Source of the DNA: an uncultured delta proteobacterium
GTDB taxonomy: Bacteria; Desulfobacterota; Desulfobacteria; Desulfobacterales; B30-G6
DNA: 64,000 nucleotides
Reading direction: 5' to 3'
NCBI GenBank assembly: GCA_963823335.1
Contig: CAWGLD010000003.1
Location: forward strand, 64,001 to 128,000
Part shown: in pieces, positions 20,119-30,680 of the stretch
Layout of the letters: each line of letters starts with the position of its first letter
Position numbering within the stretch: position 1 is the first letter of the stretch
Notes under the pieces: generated by a model
What the model was told of the DNA's origin: nothing
Seen by the model: the letters and a program-made list of their open reading frames with translations, nothing else
The model's database searches: none
Program-made: the position numbers and the translations under genes

Positions 20119-20820
20119 ATGCTCAAAAATTCGATTCTGCCGGGTGTTAAAGCTGCCTGGCCCATCTGCCTGGGGTATATCCCCATAGGTCTGGCGTTTG
20201 GCGTCTTGGCACAGAAAGCCGGTATGACATGGCTTCAAATTGTCTTGATGTCATCCATCGTGTTTGCAGGGAGTTCACAATTTATTGCTGTCTCCATGCT
20301 GGCGAATGGATCTGCGGCCCTGGCCGTGATAATAACTGCATTTTTCGTAAACCTCAGGCACCTGCTCATGAGCTCCTCTTTGGCCACTCTGCTGCAAAAC
20401 GAGCACCGGGGCAAGCTCTCTGTTTTTGCATACGGGGTCACCGATGAAAGCTTTGCTATCAATTATACGCGTCTCCTGGCCGGGGACTGGGACCTGAACA
20501 GGTCTCTGGTGCTAAACCATACGGCCAATGCCTGCTGGATCCTGAGTACGGTTGCCGGTGGATTTTTCGGTCACCTTATTCCTGCTCACAGCCTGGGTAT
20601 CGATTATGCCCTGATTGCCATGTTTATCTGTCTTCTTGTTTTTCAACTCAGCAGCCGTCTGATTGTTTTGACGGCAATTATTGCCGGTGTGCTGTCGGTG
20701 GCCCTGGCGCTTTGGGTTCCGGGCAATTCCTATATTGTTCTGGCTTCTGTGATTGCCGCAACCATCGGGATAGGTATCGGGAAGTTTTCTCGCACATTTC
20801 CAGCAGGGAAGGGGGATTGA
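20119..20820 (+). CDS. azlC: AzlC-family branched-chain amino acid exporter permease
   Basis: FAGSSQF, NLRHLLMS, GVTDESFA motifs. Confidence 0.9.
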   Translation: MLKNSILPGVKAAWPICLGYIPIGLAFGVLAQKAGMTWLQIVLMSSIVFAGSSQFIAVSMLANGSAALAVIITAFFVNLRHLLMSSSLATLLQNEHRGKLSVFAYGVTDESFAINYTRLLAGDWDLNRSLVLNHTANACWILSTVAGGFFGHLIPAHSLGIDYALIAMFICLLVFQLSSRLIVLTAIIAGVLSVALALWVPGNSYIVLASVIAATIGIGIGKFSRTFPAGKGD

Positions 20821-20822
20821 GC

Positions 20823-21143
20823 ATGCCCGATACCTATGTCTTTATCATTGCCGCCATGGGGCTGGTGACCTATATTCCCCGGTGGCTGCCCCTGTTTATC
20901 TTGACGAAATATACATTGCCGGGGTGGTTCAAGGAATGGCTGGCCCTTATCCCGGCCTCTGTCCTTAGTGCCTTACTGCTGCCGGCCCTTGTGACCGGAG
21001 GCGATCCACGCCACCTTGATATCCTGCGGCCTGAAATGTGGGTGGCGGTTCCCACTTTTGTATTTGCCCTGGTAACCAAATCTCTGGGTGGCACGGTGGT
21101 GGTGGGGATGGTGCTGTTCTGGCTAGGCGGGAAGCTTTTTTAA
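20823..21143 (+). CDS. azlD: AzlD-family protein
   Basis: MGLVTYIPRWLP, IPASVLSALL; directly follows azlC. Confidence 0.85.
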   Translation: MPDTYVFIIAAMGLVTYIPRWLPLFILTKYTLPGWFKEWLALIPASVLSALLLPALVTGGDPRHLDILRPEMWVAVPTFVFALVTKSLGGTVVVGMVLFWLGGKLF

Positions 21144-21187
21144 GGGCCACATTCAATCCTACTCATGGCGACAGAATTACCTGGAGT

Positions 21188-21410
21188 AAAAAAACGAATG
21201 AACATCGAACATCGAACGCCCAACATCGAATGTTGAATTTGAGATATGAAGAAACAGACGTCGGTGTTGCTATTGAAGAACCTCGCAGCATGCGAAGCAC
21301 TGCCGAACGGCAGAACCTACGGGGAATGCGCTCGCTTTTTCGGTTCAACATTTTTTTCATTCGATGTTCGATGTTCAGCGTTCGATGTTGGACGTTCATC
21401 TTTAGGAAAT
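21188..21410 (+). repeat. Repeat family B composite enclosing a full family A copy (21273-21348)
   Basis: Same heptamer arms as 9289-9536; inner A copy is in plus orientation. Confidence 0.9.
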
Positions 21411-21432
21411 CATCATATATGATAAACCGAAT

Positions 21433-21783
21433 TTATAATTCCGGTGGCCCGGATGGTATCATACAGGCAAATTGCAGGGTTTCGTTTCCACTGTTTCGGA
21501 TCTGGTGTTCTTCGTTGCCGGGGATGAATGCGGTGGTTCCGCTGGATACCGGAATCCATCTACCTTCTGAATAAACCTCTCCATTTCCTGAGAAAAAAAG
21601 AATTTCATGTTCCCAGGCGTGAGCGTGGCGTGGTGTGTATCCTTCCGGTTCAACTTCGAATATTCTCATGCAGAAGTTGTCGGCACCGTCGTTCTTCCCA
21701 ATGGCCACGCGGCCCTTGACACCCTTTACAGCATCACCGTCAAAAGTTGTAGGTTCGATATCTGAATAGTGAGTTATTTTCAT
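21433..21783 (-). CDS. Cupin-domain protein
   Basis: TPRHAHAWEHE and FIPGNEEHQ cupin motifs. Confidence 0.9.
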   Translation of the reverse strand: MKITHYSDIEPTTFDGDAVKGVKGRVAIGKNDGADNFCMRIFEVEPEGYTPRHAHAWEHEILFFSGNGEVYSEGRWIPVSSGTTAFIPGNEEHQIRNSGNETLQFACMIPSGPPEL

Positions 21784-22001
21784 TTATTGTTCTCCAGTGC
21801 TAATGGGTTGTTTCGATATAACTAAATTAAATCGGATCAGGTGACGTGTCAACCGGCAATCTCAGGTTGGTTAGTCTACAGCCTGATATGATTGACAGGC
21901 TCATATCATAAAATCATTACACGATATTATTTCTGTCTTGTCTGGTTCCTGCCGATAGTTTATGGTCATAGGTGATAATAAATCATGTGCCCCGGGGAGC
22001 T

Positions 22002-23873
22002 ATGAAAATGGATCTGAAAAAATACTGCCCTACAAAGCTGATGTCTGCCGAGAACGCCGTTGGGTTAATCAAGCGGGGAAGCCGTGTGTTCATAGGGACC
22101 GGATGTGGAGAGCCGCAGCATTTGATCCGATCGCTGGTTGAGAACGATCAGCTTCAAGATATTATGATATATCAAATGCTGTCACACACACTGGCAAAAT
22201 ATGTGGACAATCCTTCCTTTTTGCGACGTTTTTCCTTGAAGCTTTTTTTTATCAGTCAGGATATGCGCAAAGCGGCATTCGAAGGCAAGATCGATTATCT
22301 GCCCATGTATCTGTCCCAGATCCCACGATACTTTTCAAGTCAGCGGATTGGTCTTGACGTGGCGCTTATACAGGTCGCTCCTCCAGACAAATTCGGATAC
22401 TGCAGCCTCGGGGTGTCTGTGGATATCACTCGCTCCGGGATGGAAAACGCCAAGTTAGTGATCGCCCAGATAAATCCCCGAATGCCCAGAACATGGGGCG
22501 ACAGTTTCGTGCATGTAGATGAATTGGATTTTCTGGTATGGCATGAGGAACCCCTGGTGGAATCGGTGCCCAATGTCAAAGACAACGAAGTTGCCCAGCG
22601 AATCGGGTTTTATGTCAACCAGCTGGTGGATGATGGCGCAACGCTCCAGATCGGGTTCGGTCAACTTCCTTTTGCTATCCTGGGGCATCTCGAAGATAAA
22701 AAGGATCTCGGTATTCACACCCAGCTGATTACCGACGGATTTATACCGCTGCTGGAAAAACGGGTTATCACCAACAAGAAAAAAACATTGTTGCCGGGAC
22801 GGGTGGTGGCCTCTCTGTGCATGGGATCTGAGAAGCTTTATCAATATGTGGACAACAATCCTGTTTTCTATTTTCGTTCCTCGGAATTTGTCAATGACCC
22901 AACGGTCATTGCGAGGAACAACAATCTTATTTCCATCAGTTCGGCACTCGAGGTTGATTTGACCGGTCAGGTGTGTTCGGACTCAACCGGCTACCTGTTC
23001 TACAGTGGTATTGGAGATCAGGTCGATTTTCTCAGGGGCAGCGCCATGTCCAAAGGTGGGTTCTCCATCATTGCTCTGCCATCCACAGCCCAAAATGGAA
23101 ATGTATCCCGTATCGTTCCTCATCTCAGCGAGGGGGCCGGTGTCGCCACGACCCGTGGTGACGTCAACTTTATCATCACCGAATATGGGATTGCCGAGCT
23201 TCAGGGCAAGGGTATTTATCAACGCGTCATGGAACTGGCGCAGATCGCCCATCCCAAGTTCAGGGACGATCTCATCGAGGTTGCCAAAAAACGCCATTAT
23301 ATCTTTTCAGACCAGCTGCCACCATCCAGTGAGGACCTCCATTTTCTGGAAGCCTATAAAAGCATGTTTCTACTACCCAATGGCAAAACCATGGAAATCC
23401 GGCCTCTGCAGCCATCCGATGAATTTGCCTACAGGAATTTTTTCTATTCCCTTCGCGAGGAAACCATCTATTTTAGATTCTTTTACAAGATGAAGCTTTT
23501 TTCTCACGAGGTTGTCCAGAAACAGTGGGCGAGTGTCGACTACCGTAAGAACATGTCTTTGATCGGCATGGTTCAAAAAGGGGGGCACAAGGAGATCATG
23601 GCCATTGGCTCCTATGCAGATGATGGGGATAGGGCTGAGGTCGCGTTTGTGGTGAGGGAGGATTTTCAAAGTATGGGCGTGGCATCTCATTTCCTTACAA
23701 AGCTGGAAGCGATTGCCAGGGAAAACGATTACAAGGGATTCACCGCCACTGTCTTGAAAGAAAATAGTGCCATGCTGAGGGTGTTCAAAAGAAGGTATCC
23801 CAACGCGAAAGTGACGATGAGCGGCGGCAGCGACATATCGGTGGTCATGGACTTCACCGAAGCTGAACCATAG
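22002..23873 (+). CDS. Acetyl-CoA hydrolase/CoA-transferase fused to a C-terminal GNAT domain
   Basis: DGATLQIG, EVDLTGQV, SGIGDQVDF, TEYGIAEL; GNAT part AEVAFVVREDFQSMGVA...ENSAM; GGAG RBS. Confidence 0.9.
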   Translation: MKMDLKKYCPTKLMSAENAVGLIKRGSRVFIGTGCGEPQHLIRSLVENDQLQDIMIYQMLSHTLAKYVDNPSFLRRFSLKLFFISQDMRKAAFEGKIDYLPMYLSQIPRYFSSQRIGLDVALIQVAPPDKFGYCSLGVSVDITRSGMENAKLVIAQINPRMPRTWGDSFVHVDELDFLVWHEEPLVESVPNVKDNEVAQRIGFYVNQLVDDGATLQIGFGQLPFAILGHLEDKKDLGIHTQLITDGFIPLLEKRVITNKKKTLLPGRVVASLCMGSEKLYQYVDNNPVFYFRSSEFVNDPTVIARNNNLISISSALEVDLTGQVCSDSTGYLFYSGIGDQVDFLRGSAMSKGGFSIIALPSTAQNGNVSRIVPHLSEGAGVATTRGDVNFIITEYGIAELQGKGIYQRVMELAQIAHPKFRDDLIEVAKKRHYIFSDQLPPSSEDLHFLEAYKSMFLLPNGKTMEIRPLQPSDEFAYRNFFYSLREETIYFRFFYKMKLFSHEVVQKQWASVDYRKNMSLIGMVQKGGHKEIMAIGSYADDGDRAEVAFVVREDFQSMGVASHFLTKLEAIARENDYKGFTATVLKENSAMLRVFKRRYPNAKVTMSGGSDISVVMDFTEAEP

Positions 23874-23973
23874 CCGATAATACCGCATCTACGGTGTCAG
23901 AGGCCGTCCCGCATGGTTAGGCTATGGCGGAACAGCCTCTTCCTTGTATCTGCGGCATTCTCGGCTATGGTTC
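23865..23973. repeat. Long imperfect inverted-repeat element overlapping the upstream stop codon
   Basis: GAACCATAGCCGATAATACCGCATCTAC ... GTATCTGCGGCATTCTCGGCTATGGTTC. Confidence 0.7.
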
Positions 23974-24064
23974 GGTTTTGGTTCTTACCTAGATAAATAG
24001 ATTCAAACCTGGGGGTAAGCCATAAGCGCTAAGCTGCTTACAGCTAAAAGCTGGACTGGAAAAT

Positions 24065-24754
24065 ATGGAAATCGGCTCACCAGAATGGAAGGAAATGATT
24101 GTTGACGGGGCCCGGGGTTTGGGCATTGATGTCCAGCCGGGTCAGGCAGATCAATTTGCTGCACATGCGCTCATCCTCAAGGAATGGAATCAGAAGATAA
24201 ACCTGACTGCCATTGATTCCCCCATGGACATGGCCGTCAAGCACTTCCTTGATTCCATTCTTTCTTCCCGTTACATCAAGCCCGGCAGCAAGCTGCTGGA
24301 TGTCGGTTCTGGTGCCGGTTTTCCCGGGATCCCCCTCAAGATCATGATACAATCCCTGGATGTGATTCTGGTGGATGCCACCCGCAAAAAGGTCAGTTTT
24401 TTGAATCATGTCATTCGACGGCTTCGTCTCAGTCACATTACGGCCATACATTCCCGCATAGAGGATCTGCAGCAGGAATGGGAAGACAGGTTTGACGTTG
24501 TCGTATGTAGGGCCTTTTCGAACCTGGCCGACTTTGTTGAAAAGAGCTTGCCGTTGCTGGCGCCGGGCGGTCTGCTGCTGGCTTTCAAAGGCAGGGAGCT
24601 TGCGACCGATATGGTTCAAGTATCAACGAAGAATGGTGGTGAGGTATTCCGTGTTGCAGGAAAGAGTGTCGACACAGAGCTTCAGATGAAATGGGTGAGT
24701 TTCAAACTGCCGTTTCTGAACTTGTCGAGAACACTTGTCATGCTGACCCGCTGA
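24065..24754 (+). CDS. rsmG: 16S rRNA m7G527 methyltransferase
   Basis: WNQKINLTAI, HFLDS, DVGSGAGFPGIPL, CRAF motifs. Confidence 0.95.
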   Translation: MEIGSPEWKEMIVDGARGLGIDVQPGQADQFAAHALILKEWNQKINLTAIDSPMDMAVKHFLDSILSSRYIKPGSKLLDVGSGAGFPGIPLKIMIQSLDVILVDATRKKVSFLNHVIRRLRLSHITAIHSRIEDLQQEWEDRFDVVVCRAFSNLADFVEKSLPLLAPGGLLLAFKGRELATDMVQVSTKNGGEVFRVAGKSVDTELQMKWVSFKLPFLNLSRTLVMLTR

Positions 24755-24826
24755 CCCGCAACAGCGGGCACATTCCTCGTAGGTTCTTCCGTTCGGCAGT
24801 GCTTCGCATGCTGCGAGGTTCTTCAA
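24752..24826 (-). repeat. Repeat family A copy
   Basis: TGACCCGCAACAGCGGGCACATTCCTCGTAGGTTCTTCCGTTCGGCAGTGCTTCGCATGCTGCGAGGTTCTTCAA. Confidence 0.88.
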
Positions 24827-24853
24827 TCTGCTTCCGGCTGCTGCTGTTTCGAA

Positions 24854-25714
24854 TTACACCAAGCGGACGTGTTCGAAGGTATGCTCCTTGAGATCGAGGA
24901 TGAGAAGCCGGTTTCGCAGGCTGGAGTTTTTGTTAAGCAGGATGTTGACAACTTCAGCACATTCCAGGGACGCAACCAGGGACACGGTAAAGGCGAGATT
25001 ACCCAGAGCTGTTTCAGCACCTCTAGTGGCGGAAAGACTTTCTTCGGGACCGTATATCAGTTCGAGCCCCTTATCTTCGGGAAAAATGGCTGTTATCTGA
25101 CCCGAAAATCCTGCAACTGCCGCAGATACCATGGGAATTTCGGCATTTTTTGCGGCTTTTTCTAGAACAAAACGAGAATGGATATTGTCCAGGCAATCGA
25201 TTGCGATATCCGTATGTTCCAGAAAATTAGCAGCATTTTCCTGATCCATTTTTTCGGTATGGTCTTGGAGCAGTATCGAGGAGTTAATGGTCAGAATACT
25301 TTCCAGGGCAGCTGCAGTTTTGGTTTGTGAGAGGTTCTGCTCGGTGCTGAGTGCTTGTCTATTGAGATTGCTTTCATCGAAGGTGTCGCAGTCGACCACT
25401 GTCATGGCACCTACGCCTATTCTGGCCAGTGTTTCGACCACGGCGCCTCCTAGACCACCCAGACCGACCACGCAGACCCGGGACTGAAGAAGCATGATCT
25501 GGTCCTTAATGGAAAGGGCATCCATGTTGCGAATATAGCGTTCCGGAATGATGTCGTGTTCCAGGGCCAGAATATCGATTTCTTTTCGGGTTCTTCCTGA
25601 GCGCTGGGCAATATCGGCGGTGTCCAGGAGGGAGATGGTGCTGCGCTTGGAGCCGTCCGCTAGCGTCAGAAGGCGTGATGCTTCCGATAGCATGTCCGTG
25701 AGGTAGGGTTTCAA
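24854..25714 (-). CDS. HesA/MoeB/ThiF-family adenylyltransferase
   Basis: RYIRN, VVGLGGLG, DCDTFDESNLNRQ, DCLDN; probable TTG start with GGAGG RBS just after the MoaD stop. Confidence 0.88.
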   Translation of the reverse strand: MKPYLTDMLSEASRLLTLADGSKRSTISLLDTADIAQRSGRTRKEIDILALEHDIIPERYIRNMDALSIKDQIMLLQSRVCVVGLGGLGGAVVETLARIGVGAMTVVDCDTFDESNLNRQALSTEQNLSQTKTAAALESILTINSSILLQDHTEKMDQENAANFLEHTDIAIDCLDNIHSRFVLEKAAKNAEIPMVSAAVAGFSGQITAIFPEDKGLELIYGPEESLSATRGAETALGNLAFTVSLVASLECAEVVNILLNKNSSLRNRLLILDLKEHTFEHVRLV

Positions 25715-25715
25715 A

Positions 25716-25949
25716 CTATCCACCTCCCACCGGCGGAAAGATCCCCAGGCGGTCACCGTCTTTCAAGACTGTATCCAACGACACCTTGAAATTATTGATA
25801 AAGATGAGTTTTGCTTTTGTTTCTGGAATTCCAAGTTGCTGAACAAGCGTGCGTACACTTGTCCCCGCTTCAATGGTGTGAGCACCCGATGCCTGGGGGG
25901 CAAATTCTTGAAGTGTCACAAAAAGTTTTAAATCGATGGAGATTGACAT
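25716..25949 (-). CDS. MoaD/ThiS-family sulfur carrier
   Basis: 77 aa ending LKDGDRLGIFPPVGGG. Confidence 0.9.
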   Translation of the reverse strand: MSISIDLKLFVTLQEFAPQASGAHTIEAGTSVRTLVQQLGIPETKAKLIFINNFKVSLDTVLKDGDRLGIFPPVGGG

Positions 25950-26261
25950 GACAATTTACCTTGACTTTATTATCAATCCATCTGCGATATTCGACAAAAG
26001 GATTTATCACACCAGGGCAATATGATATATATGCCACGCTAACGTTTTCCGATCAAGTTATAAAATTGTGCGTGATCTTTTTCGTGATTTCAACCTTTCG
26101 TGATTTTGTGATAAAAGATCCTTTATTTCGACAAGCCGAGAGTTCACTATACTTCAAGATACATATCCGATTATTCTATAAAATAAGAGTTTTAAATATA
26201 AAAATATAAAGTAAGTTATTAACTTAAAAGGTAACTACTAAGGTTGCTCCAGGAGAAACAA

Positions 26262-27284
26262 ATGACATATCAATACAAAAACGTTCTGGTTACCGGTGTG
26301 GCTGGTTTTATTGGATTTAATCTGGCAATGCGCCTGCTCGGGGACGGTTGTCATGTGACGGGCATTGACAATCTCAACGCCTACTACGATGTCAACCTAA
26401 AAAAAGACCGGCTCAAACAGCTGGAAATCCATGACAACTTTACTTTTATCAAAATAGATCTGGCTGATAAAGACGCTATGCAGGCAGTTTTTCGACGCAC
26501 CTCCTTCGATGTCGTGGTGAACCTGGCAGCCCAGGCAGGTGTCCGATATTCGTTGAAAAACCCCCAGGCTTACGTTGATGCCAACATTGTCGGATTCACC
26601 AACATCCTGGAAAACTGCCGGCATACTTCTGTGCAGCATCTGGTCTATGCATCATCCAGTTCGGTCTATGGTGCCAACACCAAAATGCCTTTTTCGGTTC
26701 ACGACAACATCGATCACCCTGTTTCCCTTTACGCGGCTTCCAAAAAATGCAATGAACTCATGGCCCACGCATACAGCCATCTGTTTGGTCTGCCCTGCAC
26801 CGGTCTTCGGTTTTTTACAGTATACGGTCCCTGGGGCAGACCTGACATGGCCCTGTTTCTATTTACCCGGGCAATTCTGGAAGACAAACCCATCAAGGTT
26901 TTCAACCACGGAAAAATGCAGCGGGATTTCACTTATATCGACGATATTATCGAAGGGGTTGTGCGGGTCATGGGTCATCTCCCGGTTCCGAATCAAGAAT
27001 GGAACGGGGACATGCCGGACCCTGGAACGTCCTATGCACCCTACAAGATTTACAATATTGGAAACAACCAGCCCGTTGAATTGACGCAATTCATCACCGA
27101 AATCGAAAAGGCCCTGGGAAAAGAAGCCAAAAAATCCTACATGGATTTACAGCCGGGGGATGTGGTGGCAACCTATGCCGATGTGGATGACCTCATCAAG
27201 GATGTGGGATTCAAACCTGCGACACCCATCGATGTCGGTATCCAGCGGTTTGTTGCGTGGTACCGGGATTACTACGGGACCTAA
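26262..27284 (+). CDS. NAD-dependent epimerase (UDP-glucuronate 4-epimerase-like)
   Basis: [47 protein letters not shown]. Confidence 0.93.
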   Translation: MTYQYKNVLVTGVAGFIGFNLAMRLLGDGCHVTGIDNLNAYYDVNLKKDRLKQLEIHDNFTFIKIDLADKDAMQAVFRRTSFDVVVNLAAQAGVRYSLKNPQAYVDANIVGFTNILENCRHTSVQHLVYASSSSVYGANTKMPFSVHDNIDHPVSLYAASKKCNELMAHAYSHLFGLPCTGLRFFTVYGPWGRPDMALFLFTRAILEDKPIKVFNHGKMQRDFTYIDDIIEGVVRVMGHLPVPNQEWNGDMPDPGTSYAPYKIYNIGNNQPVELTQFITEIEKALGKEAKKSYMDLQPGDVVATYADVDDLIKDVGFKPATPIDVGIQRFVAWYRDYYGT

Positions 27285-27346
27285 AAAGCTTCTACAGATA
27301 TTTCTATCCCATTGTCGCATAAAATATATTACTGGAGAAGACTGCC

Positions 27347-28036
27347 ATGCAAAAGCTTAAAGTAATAATCATATTAACCGGTTTTTTTATCTTAGCCGGT
27401 CTTTCAGGAGCTGTGTCCGATACCGGCATTGAAAACGAGCCCGCCTCCGGCATCCTTGTGCAAGGTTATCGGATCCTACCGATTGAACCTACCGTTGACG
27501 ACGTCAACCTGGTTGTTTACCGTGGGGATTACATCATATTCGATTTCAAAAATACCGTTGGGGATCCAATCCTGAAGATACCCGATTTATCCGTCAATCA
27601 GGAATTGCCCATGGGTCTGGATGGGGCGCCTTATTTCAAGATGAAAACCATGGGTCGTTTTCGTTTTTCACTGGGTGGTGTTGCCGGCCATATCCAGGTC
27701 ATCGAATACAAACAACCGCAATACAAAGAGGTCGATGCCGGAGAGGCTGCTGAACTTCTGCAAAATCTGGGTCCACTGCTGTTGGACGTCCGTACTCCTG
27801 CGGAATTTAACAATGGTCATATAAAAAACGCGATCCTGATACCTGTTCAGGAACTGCAAAAACGCGTGGGTGAGCTATCGGAATATAAACATCACGATAT
27901 TCTGATTTACTGCGCCACAGGTAACCGCAGCACGGTTGCATCCAAAATTCTTATCGACAATGGATTCAAACGGATCATCAATATGCGTTATGGCATCTAT
28001 GGATGGTCAAAAAACCAGTATCCAGTTACGAAGTAG
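27347..28036 (+). CDS. Exported rhodanese-domain protein
   Basis: Signal peptide; LLDVRTPAEF..GHI and IYCATGNRS active loop. Confidence 0.85.
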   Translation: MQKLKVIIILTGFFILAGLSGAVSDTGIENEPASGILVQGYRILPIEPTVDDVNLVVYRGDYIIFDFKNTVGDPILKIPDLSVNQELPMGLDGAPYFKMKTMGRFRFSLGGVAGHIQVIEYKQPQYKEVDAGEAAELLQNLGPLLLDVRTPAEFNNGHIKNAILIPVQELQKRVGELSEYKHHDILIYCATGNRSTVASKILIDNGFKRIINMRYGIYGWSKNQYPVTK

Positions 28037-28219
28037 CATCACCCATCATACTTTCCATTTTGCAATTCCGTAAAGGCTGTTAACGCTTCCATCTCTAAAC
28101 TGTCTGCATCATTCGGATACCGGGGAGAAAACGGATAAACAGGGATAGGTCTTCGAATGGCCTGTTAACGAGTCGGGGGAGTGGGGAGGGGCGCATGATC
28201 GAGATGTTAAAACAAGCGG

Positions 28220-28639
28220 TTATGGCAAATATTTTTTAACTTGCCTATGGATACACAGGTAAATTTCCTCGTCGGATCCGAAGATATCCACTGTGTCTTT
28301 ATGATTGATCAATTTTTCGATAACAAATGAAGTTACGTAAATGCTTACGATGTGCGGCTGATGGATGAGTTCCCTAAGCGGTGCCACCTGATAGTCGATA
28401 TCGAAATCATCAGCGCGGTGCAGTTTGTCGAGACATTTGTTGATCTGTGCTTCCAGAGAGTTTTTGCTGGTGGTTTCAACGAGGTTGGTTTCAACAAGTT
28501 TTGTGGCAATCGCGTTGCTTAACGGGTCTATGCAGTCAACGATGCCTTTCAATGCCATCCGACGCGCGTGTTCTTTGGAGGATTCGATTTTAGACAGAAT
28601 ACTCGATTCACGGTTGCTGGTCCGAAAAACTTTGGCCAT
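28220..28639 (-). CDS. Hypothetical protein
   Basis: 139 aa ORF with AAGGTG RBS filling the gap between flanking genes. Confidence 0.75.
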   Translation of the reverse strand: MAKVFRTSNRESSILSKIESSKEHARRMALKGIVDCIDPLSNAIATKLVETNLVETTSKNSLEAQINKCLDKLHRADDFDIDYQVAPLRELIHQPHIVSIYVTSFVIEKLINHKDTVDIFGSDEEIYLCIHRQVKKYLP

Positions 28640-28908
28640 CTTTGATCACCTTTTTAAGTGAATTTCACTAATTTTTTTTTCACCGAATATTAATGACTGT
28701 GGCGCCATATTGCAAGGAAAATATTTAAAGGAATGGTATTTACAATAAATAGGCTATCGATTATAATCAATTGTTTAAAAATAAAAAATGAAATTTCTAC
28801 TGCGATCTGGTTATCAGGGGGAGTGGTGCCATCGGGCAGAACGGTTTTCCGAGAATCCCCACATGGCATGGCCATTAACCCGAAATATCCACAGAGTGAT
28901 GATTTGAA

Positions 28909-30135
28909 ATGCCGGTATATGAATATACAGCACTGGACATCAAGGGCAAAAACACCACGGGTATTGTGGATGCGGAAAGTGCATCTATGGCTCGCCAGAA
29001 ACTTCGTGCAATGCAGAAATATCCCGTTTCGATCGATGAAGTGGCAGACATTTCTAAACAGAAAACCAAAAAGACCCCATCTATCGCCTCTGTTTTTTAT
29101 CGTGTCAAGCAGACCGACATTGCGGCCATGACACGCCAACTCTCGACATTGATTGGCGCCGGATTTCCCCTCGTATCAGCTATTGATGCGTTGATCCCCC
29201 AGACAGCCTCAAAAGCCTTCAAACCGATTCTGGCCCAGATCAAGGAAGCCATTGTCGAAGGAAACAGCTTTGCCGGCGCATTAACCAATTATCCGGGTGC
29301 CTTTACTTCTCTGTACACAAACATGGTCCGGGCAGGGGAGTCCTCTGGAACGCTTGAGATTGTCCTGGAGCAACTGGCTGATATCACCGAAAAACAGCAG
29401 GCCCTCAAAACGCGGATTCGGTCAGCCATGGCATACCCCATCCTGATGGCAGGTGTCGGCATTCTGGTGCTTTTTCTGCTCATTACGTTCATCGTTCCGA
29501 ACATCACCTCCATATTCGAAGACATGCAACAGATTCTACCGCTACCCACCATTATTTTGATCGATATCAGCGATTTTTTCAAAAATTTCTGGTGGGGATT
29601 GCTCGTGGTTCTGATTGTAATCTGGTTCGGCTTGCGAAGTTTCATAAAAACTGCCACCGGGCGTCATGTGGTCGACAAAGCGAAATTAAAGCTACCCCTT
29701 TTGGGACCGATATTTCAGAAACTGGCCGTGGCACGTTTTGCCAGAACATTGGGGTCACTTCTGGAAAACAGCGTTACCCTGCTGACTTCTCTCGAAATTG
29801 TCAGGAATATTGCCGGTAACACACAGATTGCCATGGCCATTGAACACGCCGCCGATGAAGTTAGCAAAGGGCAGGGCCTGGGTACATCTTTAGCGGCATC
29901 AACGGCTTTCCCCCAGTTGTCTCTGCAGATGATTCAGGTGGGTGAGCAGAGTGGAGAACTGGAGAATCTGCTGTTGAAAATAGCGACAATGTATGAAAAT
30001 GAGGTTGAATCGAGAGTGATGAGCGTGACCTCACTCCTGGAACCGGTAATGATTCTCGTCATGGGTATCGTTCTGGGATTCGTCGTTTTGTCCATCTGTC
30101 TGCCCATCTTCGAGATGAACCAGCTGATCATGTGA
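28909..30135 (+). CDS. gspF: Type II secretion inner membrane platform protein F
   Basis: TRQLSTLIGAG, AGESSGTL, AMAYP, GEQSGEL, LLEP. Confidence 0.95.
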   Translation: MPVYEYTALDIKGKNTTGIVDAESASMARQKLRAMQKYPVSIDEVADISKQKTKKTPSIASVFYRVKQTDIAAMTRQLSTLIGAGFPLVSAIDALIPQTASKAFKPILAQIKEAIVEGNSFAGALTNYPGAFTSLYTNMVRAGESSGTLEIVLEQLADITEKQQALKTRIRSAMAYPILMAGVGILVLFLLITFIVPNITSIFEDMQQILPLPTIILIDISDFFKNFWWGLLVVLIVIWFGLRSFIKTATGRHVVDKAKLKLPLLGPIFQKLAVARFARTLGSLLENSVTLLTSLEIVRNIAGNTQIAMAIEHAADEVSKGQGLGTSLAASTAFPQLSLQMIQVGEQSGELENLLLKIATMYENEVESRVMSVTSLLEPVMILVMGIVLGFVVLSICLPIFEMNQLIM

Positions 30136-30183
30136 GTTGTGGGAATCGCGGATACAGATCACGTGCAGAACCAAGGAGGGATC

Positions 30184-30639
30184 ATGTGTTTATCGATAAG
30201 GAAAATTGTTAGAAGCGATCGCGGTTTCACCTTGATTGAATTGATGGTAGTCATTGTTATTCTCGGTATCCTGGCCGGTTTGATCGTACCCAGGATTATG
30301 GGGCGCCCGGAGGAGGCTAAACAGCTCAAGGCTAAATTGACCATCGAAAGTATTGAAACGAGTCTTCGATTGTACAAGCTGGACAATGGCGCCTATCCTA
30401 CCACGGAGCAGGGGCTGGATGCGCTCATAGCCGCTCCGGATACCGGTAATGTATCAAACAGCTATCGCGAAGGCGGTTATATCGAAAAGGGTAAAATGCC
30501 GAAAGACTCCTGGGGCAATGAGTTTGTCTACCTGAGCCCAGGCGTTCACGGGGAATACGATATTATTTCATATGGTTCGGATGGAGTTCCAGGAGGTGAG
30601 GGAAAGGATATGGATATAAACTCCTGGGAAATTGATTAG
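30184..30639 (+). CDS. gspG: Type II secretion major pseudopilin G
   Basis: [38 protein letters not shown]. Confidence 0.95.
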   Translation: MCLSIRKIVRSDRGFTLIELMVVIVILGILAGLIVPRIMGRPEEAKQLKAKLTIESIETSLRLYKLDNGAYPTTEQGLDALIAAPDTGNVSNSYREGGYIEKGKMPKDSWGNEFVYLSPGVHGEYDIISYGSDGVPGGEGKDMDINSWEID

Positions 30640-30680
30640 CGAAGTCGCATCTTTCTCGTAGATAGGGCAAACCGGGCAAT

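Noticed and set aside
21038-21574. ORFs containing EEPRSMRSTAERQNLRG, PRRFCRSAVLR or NVQHRTLNIEHR peptides, here and near 5042, 9263, 24623, 42643 and 61065
   Set aside because: They are translations of repeat families A and B, not supported as genes; the same applies to the N-terminal extensions of the ORFs called at 5325, 41276 and 50950
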